A program made the translations under genes and the position numbers. Below are positions 24,756 through 36,902 of a DNA stretch of 64,000 nucleotides, one piece after another. Below the pieces are notes generated by a model. It worked only from the letters and a program-made list of their open reading frames with translations, made no database searches and was not told where the DNA came from. Every line of letters starts with the position of its first letter. The stretch's first letter is position 1. Origin of the DNA: Chrysomallon squamiferum. Lineage: Eukaryota; Animalia; Mollusca. The stretch covers positions 11,780,001 to 11,844,000 of the forward strand of contig CM022679.1 in assembly GCA_012295275.1 (NCBI GenBank), read 5' to 3'.

Positions 24756-27700
24756 AAACAGACTCTTTTAAAAGACAATTTACAACACAAAATGAAAATC
24801 TATATGAACAGAGTTTGACACAAAGCTACAGTTTAATCTACATGCTGAAGTACATTTACTTATGTTATCGCGTCAACTCCTAGCGTCGTTCTGCAAACTG
24901 GTCTCGTATTGTTTTCAGCACGTTGAAATAAAGGAATGGGCAGAATATGTTGGCTTAAAAATCTGTGTTATCTGAACGTTGAGTTGTCTCCCGATATATT
25001 TAACTTTATTTTTGTCTCTTTCTTTCTTTGTTTTTTATTTTATTTTATTATATATATTTTTTTTATTGTTCTGTCAGCATTTAAATTAATGTTTACTGAG
25101 TCTATATAAACAGGGCTGACTCGATAGAAAAATTCATACACTATTATTAACTGCTACTACAGTTTAATGCAGTCTGTTTTGCGATTGTAACTCATACAAT
25201 TCAGACGAAGAAAATAATTAAATATATCGACTAGGAACCGATTAGACGAGATGTCTCAAGATACTTAAAATAATTTATGTCAAACAACATACACTAGACC
25301 GTCTAATGATTTCATTAATCGTGGATTTCCTAGTCCATATATTTAATTATTTTCTTCGTCTGAATTGTTTATATAGGAAAGATAAAATAGTCCTGTAATT
25401 CGTTCAGTATATTCAGAGACACTGCACTTCTGGTTAACAAAAAGTATAGTCGATCTGTATAGCGAAATTAAGAGTAATTTAGTATATACAGTAATTTTTT
25501 TTTTATAGGTCTCTAACTTCGACGAATTTATTAAGAACGAATCAATTAAACGAATTTCCATGCTAGTTTTATGAACGGTTTATCGGTAACGTTATCTAAA
25601 TTGTAGATTCAGGTGCTGACATCTGGAAGCGCCAAACATGCTGAGTTTATCGTGAAATAAAACGTGATGCTACTGTTTGAAGCAGCATGCTACATCACGT
25701 TGAACCCAAAACATACAGAAAATCCATAAAACATATGCTGCATCTAACTATAGGAATTGGTCAATGTGGTAAAGCCTGTTGACATTCGATGTGCTGTAAT
25801 ATAACTAATGAATATTTAAATACGAAGTTATAACTTTTACATTGTGATTAATTGTGGTTATGCTGCGACAATACTGAAATAATATAAATGTAAATGTATA
25901 TATTTCATATTTATATATATATATATATATTCATAATTATCACGGTATAGCAAAGAACTGTTAAATAAATATGTAGTTAATAATTATAGGAAGTATGAAT
26001 AAACAATGTATTTAGCATCAGTATCTATAATTAAGTATATCACATGTGGATTCTGAGGAATATTAAATTAAAAAATAAAGCTTTATGTTATTATTAATTG
26101 TTGTTGTTGTTGTTGTTGTTATATAATTTATATATACTACATAGTGCAAAGCTCTATTACATTTCAGTCTCTAATCTATTGCCATACACAGTAAATAAAG
26201 ATTTTTTACAAACGAATTTAATCTTTCGTAATATATATGAAAAAAAAAATAATAATAATAAAACAAAACAAAAATTAATTACGCGACTGCTTAAGTTTGT
26301 TTGATCTGTATATAAAAGTAAATTGATAAATAATTTGTGTGTACTTCAAACACGACTATCAGAAAGTTTATCTCAGGCTCGCTGTGTTTGGAAAATGTAA
26401 GACTTTTATTAATGGATACATTCTGACTTTGCTTTTATTATGTATAACAATGTCGAAAACCGGTTGTTAGGAAAAGTGGGTGTGTGGATCAGAAACTATT
26501 AGATGTGAATAAGAGGCGGGGTCATCTGCTTTTCTAGAATGTATGTAGCAACATTATAAAACTATTTCGAGTTAAAAGGTTGAGGTTTTTTTAATATTTT
26601 TTTACGACACTGAAAGTCTTTGTGAAATACGACAAACTTGTATGTGTGAGTTCGTGTTTATCTGTCCCACAATGTCGAATAACTTCGGCAAACAGTATTT
26701 CTGTTGTAATAATACATTAATATTAATAGTATACACTAACAAAAACATCACCTGTTTTCCCATCTTGGGAAAATTTTCGTCCGTGCTGGAAGCCTGTCTT
26801 ATTAATAAGTACTTTCCCATATAGGGCCTACAGAAAGTTGCAAATAAAATATTCCTTGCCGCTAATTCATATTCCTCTTTCATCTGTATGTTTGATCTTT
26901 AAAAATAATTTATAATAAAACGGATAGAAATGTCGTTAAACAAAATAGTATTCATTTATTTATTAACAGCAATACCCGTTGCTTGCTTTGTATTTACTTT
27001 AAGGGTGTAGCATTTAAGTATTGTGTCTACCTAAACAGCGATGAATAATTTTCAATAAAAGGGCAGTTCAGAGGTACTAGATTTTTTTTTTTTTTTTTAC
27101 CTCTTATGGAGTATCAAAGCTGAGTGATAAGTGCTAGGTTTATAAGTCTAAAGCAAAGTGTAACATGATGTACAAGAAGATAAGGCGTGTGCAGATAGGT
27201 ATCTATGTGTGACTGTTGTTTTGTATGGCTGTGATTATATCTGTGTAATGTTTTTTTCTTCTGAGCGATAGATATCTATGTGCATCTTTTGTTCTGTATG
27301 ACTTTTATATCTATGTATGTGCTTTTCTCTCCGTATAATTGTATGTGAGTACAGTGGAACATCGGGTTACGAACTTAATTCGTTTCAGAACTCGGTTCGT
27401 AATCCGATTTTTTCATGCTTGGAGGCGTTTGTAACCCGAGGTTCCACTGCATATGTGTTTAGATACCGTGTATGTTTGTCTTTTTGTGTATTTATGATTA
27501 AAACTGCGTGTGTGAATGTATGTATGTATGTACCTGTGTATAATTCTATACCTGTCTATATATATATATATGTGACTGCGTAAACATACATAATACACAT
27601 TAAAAAAATGCATAAAAAGACTCTTTATTGTTCATTGCATTACAACAATGGGTTTCTTCTCTTGCCATCTGTGAAGTTCTTAATTTTGCTGAGTACTGTC

Positions 27701-30700
27701 ACCTTGTATTTTATCTTATTTCTGTATACTGTACACGTCTACGTTAATGGTAGACATTTTGTTCACTGTTATTTGTATCTACACCTCATAAGGAAAATAT
27801 TTTTTGTACCGAGTTGACTCTATCCAAAAGGAACAAGCTAATCAAATGCCTAGGGCTCAAACATTTTTGGACGCCTAACATTCTTAATAAACTTCAATAA
27901 AAAAATATTCTGAAAATATTCACTTAATAAAAACCGCAAATCTAAGGATTTGCCTACAGGTCAAATACCCTTGTATGGTCTCATTATGTGATAAACATTA
28001 ATTTTAATGAAATAAAAACTTATATACAGATTTTACTTACGCCGACACACGCAAAAAAATATATATTTCTACGAAAATCTTCTCTTTATTTTCGATTTGG
28101 TTAGTAATTATTCTAAATGTTTTAAAGTATAATTAGAGAGAAGTTTATTCTATGTGCATTAATTTGTCAGCGCTGTAGGCTTAAGTTAAAATATTCACAC
28201 AATCACTATGAACATCTTAAAATCCCAAAACAGCACCATAATAATGATATTTAATTAACAAGGCGTAACTGGTGAGATATGCCCACATAAGCGGACACTG
28301 ACAGCATGGTACACAGGTTATAATCGGTGCCTGTTATACACACAGGACACATAATAAAGCTATTGAACTTTCAGTAACATTGATAAGACACTCATTCTGT
28401 TTACTGATCAAAGTTGACATGTTCACCATGTCGAATATTATTTATGAGTGTCGATATAGATTCCGTGAGCCGCTTGGAAACCCTGAAATATTTATTGTTG
28501 TTATTTACGTTAAATTAAATTTCACCGGTACACTGTTTGTATTAAATTTTACAAAATATTTTTATTTTATTTATAAGTGTTTTTTGGGGCTTGTTCTCTT
28601 TTTAATTCATTTACTAAATTGTTGTCTTCGTGTCGTTACTTTAATATGTATGTTTGCATATATGTATGTGGGCACAAAAACATTTTATTATATATGTATG
28701 TTTGAAAATGCACAAAATATTCATAAATCGATTTACCTCTGGTAATTTTTTTTTTCAGTTTTTTTAAAATTTTTTTTTTTTTTGTTACGATATTCAGTCT
28801 TTATTGATATAACATGTTTATAAAATTTGTAATATGTTCTGTCGATTCCTCTCACAGTTAAACTGCCAGGTCATAAAATGTAAAATAGCTATTCTTATTT
28901 ATCAGGATTCAAAATTATTAACACGTAACCCTTATTTGGTATTCAAATAGTCGCCAATAAAAGGGAGAGTGAAAAGTTAACACCCATCATTCAATATATA
29001 TATATATTATAATTTATTTGGTTTGTGGTGGGGAAGAAAAGAAAAAAGAGAAAAAAAGAAGGAATATGGAATGTTACCGTAAATATTACACACACACACA
29101 GGCACACACAGACACACACACACACACAGACACACACACATACACACAGAACACAGACACATATATAAATTTAAAATCCTAACGTAAGTGTCTTTTTTTT
29201 TCTTTTTTTTTTTTAATGATTAATTTTTAATAATTAACTTTTGTAACGATGGCAAAACATTAAAATCTGTTACGGAATACCAACCAACAGATACAATGAA
29301 AATATCTGTTATTGCTAATACTATTACTATTACAGTTTCTACCTCTTGTTCATTACAGGTACCTCGATCAAATTACTATTAAATATTTTATAGTCGTTAA
29401 ACACGCTAAATAAATGTTGGTGCCATTAACTACAACAAATACTAGATACAAGTACTGTGCCGCGTCTGTCACAAATTAAAAACAATATCGCCTATTCCAC
29501 TTAGCATTACCATTATTAAACTCATTTTTAATACAACACCATCTCTACCGCTACTGCAGAAGATATATTAATGTTAGACTCACTATAGTAACTGAATACG
29601 TAGTTCATTAAATGTTGTTGTATTTTTTTCAGATCCTATTTTCGCTGAAGTAGGTTTCCAGGCAGTTCGAGGACTGGAAACTGTCGGGCTGGCAGGATGT
29701 TGCTTGCTGCTTATTTGTGGAATGGTGTACAGAATCGGCTTTGATAAATGGACTATGATGAAGACTCTCAATTCGGCAATATTATTTATAGCTGTTCTCA
29801 CTGGTGAATATCAGTTATGTAAATAGTTCAGGAGATAATGATAATAAAGCATGAACATGTGAAATAAAACAACAAATCTTGCCATCCGCTGAACAAAAAA
29901 ATCGCTGATAAAAGTTTGTCAAAAATTTGAACATCAGTATCTCCATTTTACAGTGAAGAAAAAACAAAACAAACAAAGCTAGCATCTATTAGAACCTTGC
30001 CTTAATTACAACAACAAAAATGCAAGATTGTTGATATTATGAAAATTATTTTGTGTTAAATATCATGAAGTTTCCAGATCACAGAATGGACTTAATTTAG
30101 ACTTTCGTAAACATTATACTAATTTAATACTTCTTTGATGACAGTCACATAATCTCAGAAAAATGCTGCATCACCATTGTTAACGTCGTCGTTTTTATTA
30201 TATTATTATTTACAGAACTGGTCATCCTGGCTGGACTTATTGTGTTTGCTGTTCTGTACAGTCAGTGGTTGAAGAATTCAAGTTCAGTTAGTTCACGAAG
30301 CTTCCCTTGGTCATTTATTATGTGTATCATTGCCTTTCTCATTCTCTTTATTGCGTGTTTGCTGCTCAGAACCAAGGCGAAGGAACACCGCTATATTAAT
30401 AATGCGATACCTATGTCAGGTAAGTGCTTCTTTGCTTTTGCAGCTCCTTATTATATATATAAAATGAGGATCATATACGTGAAAGTCTGATTCATTTGTT
30501 ATTTTTATTTTGGCTACATTTTTGTTTGTTAATAAAATGTTATAAAAAAGATTTTAGTCAGATTCTTCCTTTTATAAACCAGACTTTGATACAACATCAA
30601 GCTGTACCAGAACATGTTATTATTTCCTTTATCTTTTTCTTGATGTTATTGCCAGTGGGTGCTATTTATTAACAGTGTAAAGTTTATTTCAGGCGATGCC

Positions 30701-31456
30701 AAAATGGATTTGAACCCGCTAACCAAAACTGCAATGACACAGCGATACTTCACTCCTTCGCCATATTCGGAAGACAGAAGAACTACGATTGACCAGTCGG
30801 CTTATTACGACGATTCGTACGACAAGCCTGCTTATAGCTTTAGTAATTTTGAAAATAAAGCCTACGTCAGAAACCAAGTTGACAGCGTACCTTTAGTTTC
30901 AAATCTCGGACACAGCTTCGAAAACCGAGGCTATATGTCAACAGATGAATTTCGAAGACGGTCGTACAGCGGGCCAGACAATTATTTAACAGCAACCAAC
31001 AACTATCAAGTATCTAATCGAATGGATATATCGGCTGATACGGACTATTACGCACGTCCTAGACCCAAGTCCATTGCTGTTGACGCGGTATACCCTGGAC
31101 ATGACGTATCTTACTATCGTGACCCTGTTAAGCCGGAACCAATCCATTACGAGGAAAGAGTTGTGACCCGTATTGAGAGAGTTCCGGTGTACGGCTCCGC
31201 GACGAGTCCACCTATGACCGGTCGCGAGATAGGAACAAAGTATCTTGGACATGGACGTGTCCAGGCTCTTTCGGACTACGAAGATCCTCGCTGCAACCAG
31301 TTCGAGAGATACACCGTGCACACGCGTCAGAAACCTGCCTACAGTGGAACAAGATTAATTAGCGATGCGAGGACAACAAATGACCCAACTATGGGTGACG
31401 GTTTCGCAAATGGTTCTATCTATATGTACAGACCATATCAACCACAGAAGTATTAA
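22955..31456 (+). CDS. Claudin/PMP22/EMP-superfamily tetraspan membrane protein with ~270-aa Tyr-rich cytoplasmic tail (~448 aa, 4 exons)
   Basis: Exons joined by phase-1 introns: 22955-23162 (TM1 WLLLLLATLLHTAGY, then W...GIGFWYHVGC...C, the claudin-like W-GLW-C-C loop), 29633-29803 (FQAVRGLETVGLAGCCLLLICGMVY = TM2, start of TM3), 30216-30419 (ILAGLIVFAVLY; FPWSFIMCIIAFLILFIACLLL = TM4), 30693-31456 (tail, ends YRPYQPQKY*). Confidence 0.85.
23380..23458. repeat. (CT)n microsatellite
   Basis: Direct inspection. Confidence 0.95.
24686..24753. repeat. (GA)n microsatellite
   Basis: Direct inspection. Confidence 0.95.
27352..27449. mobile_element. 98-bp Tigger-type MITE in intron 1 of the claudin-like gene
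   Basis: TA|CAGTGGAACATCGGGTTACGAAC...GTTTGTAACCCGAGGTTCCACTG|CA: 23-bp TIR with 2 mismatches; right TA TSD appears mutated to CA. Confidence 0.8.
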
Positions 31457-32525
31457 TACAGCAGGATTTTAAATCCAATATTAAGTTTTGAGCTAAATAA
31501 AAACAAAATTAAAAAAAAGAGAAAGAAAGAAACGGTAACTCAAATACGCCTATTTTGTAAAATTGCAAAACGATAATAACCATCGGAGAAAAACAAAAGG
31601 AAAGAAAGAAAAAAAAAAAATAAAGATGTCAAGGAAGTGTTGCCATATTAAGAAAAGGAGTTATGTACGACATGACCGAAGAGAAAATAGAAAATTGTTC
31701 AGAAAAGAATTTCATCTTGTTCAAAATAATGTTTCGTCATTTCACACAGAATTTTTGCGCAGGTCTTCCTATTTCAATGACTTCTGAATACTACAACGTA
31801 GATTTAACATTTTATTTTACATTTTATAAATACATAACACTAGTCAAAGAAACTTACTTAGTTTTTAACCATTTTGTTGCTGATTCTTGTCAAAGTACGC
31901 GGGAGCTTTTAGAATTTTAATAATCATCATTAAGTGAAAATGATATTAGTGGATGAACAATGAAGATAAGACGAAGTGTTTATTTCTATACGTAGAATCA
32001 GGTTAGGATGCTTATTTACATTCCACAGGCATTTTATAAAATAAAATAAAATAAAATAATTAAAAGACAGGTGAAAAGGAGTATATTACAAATATTTTCC
32101 TTAATTTTGTATGTTCGCATGCAGGCGGAATGTAGCAGTTTAAACATACGGGCACATTGCACATATATAAATATTCGATATAATTATGACATGCTTATTT
32201 ATAAATACATATACCTTTGATACTGTTTGTAATAAAATAGATTTTATAATATGTAATTTATTATTCTTACAGAACATTTTATTTGTTTATAAGCCCATAT
32301 CATGTCATTATTGTATATGCATACATGTGTATATATTAAACATTCTGCTGGAATATTTGTTTATTTTTTATGTTATTTTTATGACAAGAACAAACACATA
32401 TACATACAAAAATAAAATAAACAACGTTTGTATAGTGTTCTGGGTTAAAAGTTCACTATAACATAATTAATATGAAAAATATATAAGATTCCGAGTAATT
32501 AAAAAATAGTAAATCAATGAATGAA

Positions 32526-32572
<47 letters not shown>

Positions 32573-33578
32573 CAACAAAAATAATTTTTAAAAATTCATT
32601 AACTGTTTATTGTTGCAAAATGTTTATGAACATAAAATAAATACATTACTACTGTTTAATAATAAATAATAATAATAGTAACAACAACACTCTAATGCTG
32701 AAACGAAATGGAATGGCCATTGTTTGTGGCTATATATAAACAGTCCAGCCAGAATTAATACAACTTGTAAAATTTATTTTATCTTCATTCCGTAATGACA
32801 TATTTATTTATTTGTTTGCTTGTTTGTTTGTTTATTTTTCATCTCTGAAAATTTTATAATTCGGAATAATAATAATAAAATAAAATAAGAAAACCCGGTA
32901 AATCCTCCATTCAGTAGATTTTTATTCGTAAATTTGGTAAATTTATTTTGATTCGAAACTATCGTTTGAATTCCCTTTGAACAGTTCGGATGCCTTCAGT
33001 AATTAATGCGACAACGGACTGTCATTTGTCCCACATTTTTAATACATTTTTGATATTTTTTTTTTACTAAAATACAAAACCGAATAATATAACCACTGGT
33101 TTTAAAGTTAAATTTAATTTTCATTTAAATATATCAGACAGATAACAAATTTTGAAAATCGTCTTAGAGTTATTTCCCTTACACCATTACATTTTTATTT
33201 CTTCGTTTACTACTTCGTTTGTTTCCATTGATACTAATTCCAGGACGCTTATAAAGAGCGTTGTTCCCCTTAGACCGTAACTATAAAAAATTTACCAGAT
33301 AAATATTTATAAAATAAACTACGTATTATTTAATTTTTTCTTAATTTACAATTTTTCTTGCATTTTTAAAGATTTAAATTTTTTCCTCTTTCTGAATTAT
33401 AACATTGATTTTAAAATGAATTGATAAAAATTAAATAATAATCTGATCGCAGAGGTTTTTTTTTTTTTTTTTTTTTTTATACAATGTTAGTCTCGATTTT
33501 GTTTCTTCTGATTGTAGTTGTGTCTGGTTCCACAAACCTGAACTTGTATATATTAATTTATTACCAATTCTTCCAGTG

Positions 33579-33695
33579 ATGTCAAGAATACTAATCGTTG
33601 GGTGTGGTATCACAGGTGTTTTGCTGCAGCTGCACTTAAAAAAGAACTTAATTCACGAACATAAATTTGTTTGTGGGACGCGAATGAAAGACCAG
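33579..33695 (+). pseudogene. RNLS: Disrupted first coding exon of a renalase-like FAD-dependent oxidoreductase
   Basis: With one base restored at ~33621 it reads MSRILIVGCGITGVxAAAALKKELNSRT*ICLWDANERP-G, then donor CAG|GTAATA. This aligns without gaps to the recalled human renalase N-terminus [40 protein letters not shown] (GxGxxG, W33-D34, G40). One frameshift plus a TAA at 33662-33664. No further renalase exons recognised in the window. Confidence 0.75.
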
Positions 33696-34275
33696 GTAAT
33701 AAATGCAAAACTCTACAAAGCCTAAGTCTTACAAAACTATAACCCGTATAGCAGGAAATCACACACCCTGTAAATCACAAATACCCACTCTCTGTTTCCT
33801 AGGAAATTACATATCCTCCATGGAAATCACAAACCCCCCTCATGATATACCACACATACTGGTAATGATGGTGTTTTAATTGCATCTCACCATAAACCTT
33901 CCTTGCCATATGTGATTTTACTATGAACAATATATATTTGTACGTTAGAAATGGATCAAATTGGATCTATTGCACATTTGTTTGCACAAAATTAATTACG
34001 TTTGTGTTTAAGATCAGTTTTAAGTACAGTGTGTCTGTAAAACGCAACAAAAATTATTTCATCTTATAGATCAGGTTTCAATCTAATAACTAAAGAAATA
34101 GGACTATTAAAATAAAATTTTAGAAAAAATCCGTTTCTTCATGTGATTAAATACACTGCCTTTGTTCCTAACCTCATCCCATCGCACATGTATTCATTCA
34201 GTAGTGTTACAAAACAATGGAATAGCTGTCCCATTTCAATTTTACCACATTCTAACTACAACTTTTGTCACCCAT

Positions 34276-34309
<34 letters not shown>

Positions 34310-35295
34310 GTTAGTCATTCATATATACCTAGACCTTGATCAGCAAAAGAGCAATGAATGCATAGGAAAATTGATCCCCGATTTCACATGTACACTCTAA
34401 CCACTGACCAATAGTCCGCTCCTTTCAGGCTGTAAACATAACTGAGATGCAGTATAAATAATAATAATAATATAGTCAATAAGCTGACAAACATTTTAAT
34501 AGTGAATTAAATTAATTAAGTTTCCCTAAATTTCCAAACTGATTATCACTATGCAGCAAAAGCGTGGATCTAGATCTTGTTGGGTTGTTGGGTTTTTTTT
34601 GACACTTAACAAATATTATTTTTGGCGTCATATAAATATTCAAAAATTTCATTGTATCCTGATGTCATTAAGCTGTTGTTTAATATTTGATATTCGATGA
34701 CTCAATCAATAATCTGACGATTTTTGTTAGATTTAAAAATCGTTAGAAAGTAATTTCAAGGACAAGTTTTAAAAATAAGAATGGTTTCATCTGACTCTAA
34801 TTAACATTCGCTAATATACTGAGTATCGGAATGTAGAGTGCAGTTAAATATTTGTCACCTCCACCCTCTAAAACATGTCAAATACAAAAATATTTAATTG
34901 TATGATCTAATTAAAGCAACTTTGTCATTTAAGTTCGGGTGTGCTGTTTCATACGAATAATCATATACTGATCATATAAATGTGTTGAGCATGTCTTTAA
35001 AGAACTGCTGATTCACTAAACAAAGAACTTAGTGTAAGATTGTGTGATAAAGCATTCGTTGCGCTTAGTTGTTTGTAAAAATAAATTGTATTCCGTGACT
35101 GTGACAAGAATAATGAAACTTGAGAAGATGCATGAACTGTTACGCCTCACTGCTGCCTTCGTACTGTATTTGTATGTATATGTCATACGTGTATATATGT
35201 ATGTGTCCGTGTGTGCATATACATGCATATATATCATCGTTGTACAAGAATTCACTCATTAGATAAGAAAAATATGGTAAAACTTTTAAAAAAGG

Positions 35296-35297
<2 letters not shown>

Positions 35298-35386
<89 letters not shown>
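35298..35386. repeat. (CT)n microsatellite
   Basis: Direct inspection. Confidence 0.95.
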
Positions 35387-35392
<6 letters not shown>

Positions 35393-36240
35393 TCCCTTTT
35401 AAAACAATTTATATATATATATGCTTGTATGATGATGAACCGTGCCCGTATCTGATTTGAAACAAACAAAAAACAGTTTCGCCATTAAGCTATTAGGCTT
35501 TTTTCTTTGTATTACTATTACTTTATATTTATTATTTAGCTATAACAGGTAGCTATTTCTGAAGGAAAAAAGCTAAAAGAAAACTTTTTTAAAATTGTGT
35601 GTATGTGTATATTATCTATCATGTGAACATGTTTTTGTTTTTACATTTCTTAAAGGTGATAACCATCTTCTCAAGCCTGTCATTTCATAAAAGGAAGGTT
35701 ATCTATTTTTAACACAACAAATCACGATAGAGAATTTCAGTTTCAAAGGCGTTGTTCGTTCTCGTTATGAAATCTTTTATTTTTGTTATTTCCATCGATC
35801 GAGGGTGAAACAGTTCAAACGACACAATGGTTTAACCTATTTTAGACTATCACATGCATATCATTAATGTTAACGACAAAAGACATTAAACAAAAGAAAT
35901 TGTATATACCAAAATATTTTATACTTCCTGTTCGTCAGACATATTATATAGATATATATGAAATAAATATTGCGTACTAAGGTATCTTTCTCAAATATAA
36001 TCCTGATAAAGTCTAAGTAACTCAATAAGACTGATAAAATTTAGCAAAACACGGAGTCCTTTGTTAGTATTACTTTTTACGCTTACTGTGTATCGTGTAT
36101 CCGTATCAAGTAAACATGTAAATATATATTAAGTAACCCAATGATAAAATTTTTGTTGTTGTGAAAGACACATATAATTCAGGAGATATTTTCAAATGAT
36201 TACTGAGTATATCTAGACCAGTATCTAAATGTTGTTCTAT

Positions 36241-36320
36241 CTGACTGGGTTCTTCAAAAGGAATCGATCCGATAGCTCACAGCACCTTGACAGCCGAACT
36301 ACCTCTGAGTTACAAACCCC
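36241..36320 (-). mobile_element. Degenerate tRNA-derived SINE head
   Basis: Minus strand GGGGTTTGTAACTCAGAGGTAG...GGATCGATTCC...: A-box-like TAACTCAGAGG and B-box-like GGATCGATTCC at tRNA-like spacing; no complete cloverleaf. Confidence 0.5.
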
Positions 36321-36574
36321 AAACAAACACGTTAGATATTTTAAAAATTAATTTAACTATGAGGCATATTAATAATTTTACTTTTTTTTTCTTCTTTTTT
36401 TTTGACGGAAGATTCAAGCATGACTGTCTTGGGCAACATAAATACTACTAACCTAAATTGATTCGCTGCTTCCACTTATTAAAAAGACCATCGAACAGTG
36501 AATATTAAAACTATCTCCATAGTAAGCTAGGCAGGATAAAGTCCTGAGACCAAATAGTAATAATGTTATTACAC

Positions 36575-36708
36575 ATAATTAAATTCTAAACAGAGACTTG
36601 ATATAACTACAGTAGGTAGGCTTATTAAATAAATACAGCACCTTTTACGGTTATTTAATTAGCCTACCTACTGTAGTTATAGCATGTCTCTGTTTAGAAT
36701 TTAATTAT
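36575..36708. repeat. Long near-perfect inverted repeat (58-bp arms, 18-nt spacer)
   Basis: Left arm 36575-36632 matches the reverse complement of 36651-36708 with 3 mismatches. Confidence 0.92.
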
Positions 36709-36902
36709 ATTTCATGAAAATAAAACAAATAAACAGACAAAAAAGGCCATTCATATATAACTGTAAACTTATAAGTTAGTATTATTTTTCTTTAAAATGT
36801 TCTATTGTTTCCTGGTACAGATTTTTGAAGCACGTGATCACGGTATTGGGTGGGGATAACAGTTACACAGTTGAACCTGGCGTGGACCGCTGGGAGATCA
36901 GA

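Noticed and set aside
25660-25701. Small hairpin AACGTGATG…CATCACGTT
   Set aside because: Only a 9-bp stem; too short for a pre-miRNA and plausible by chance.
30986-31321. 111-aa antisense ORF
   Set aside because: Shadow ORF opposite the GC-richer claudin-like terminal exon.
33750-33865. Degenerate GAAATCACA-containing repeats after the renalase exon
   Set aside because: Too decayed to define a unit; no coding or structural signal.
36241-36320. tRNA gene
   Set aside because: A- and B-box-like motifs are present, but acceptor and anticodon stems do not form; better explained as a SINE relic.
36821-36860. IFEARDHGIG resembling the EARDRIGGR flavin-oxidase motif
   Set aside because: Short match followed directly by a stop, inside the likely 5' UTR of the uif-like gene; probably chance.
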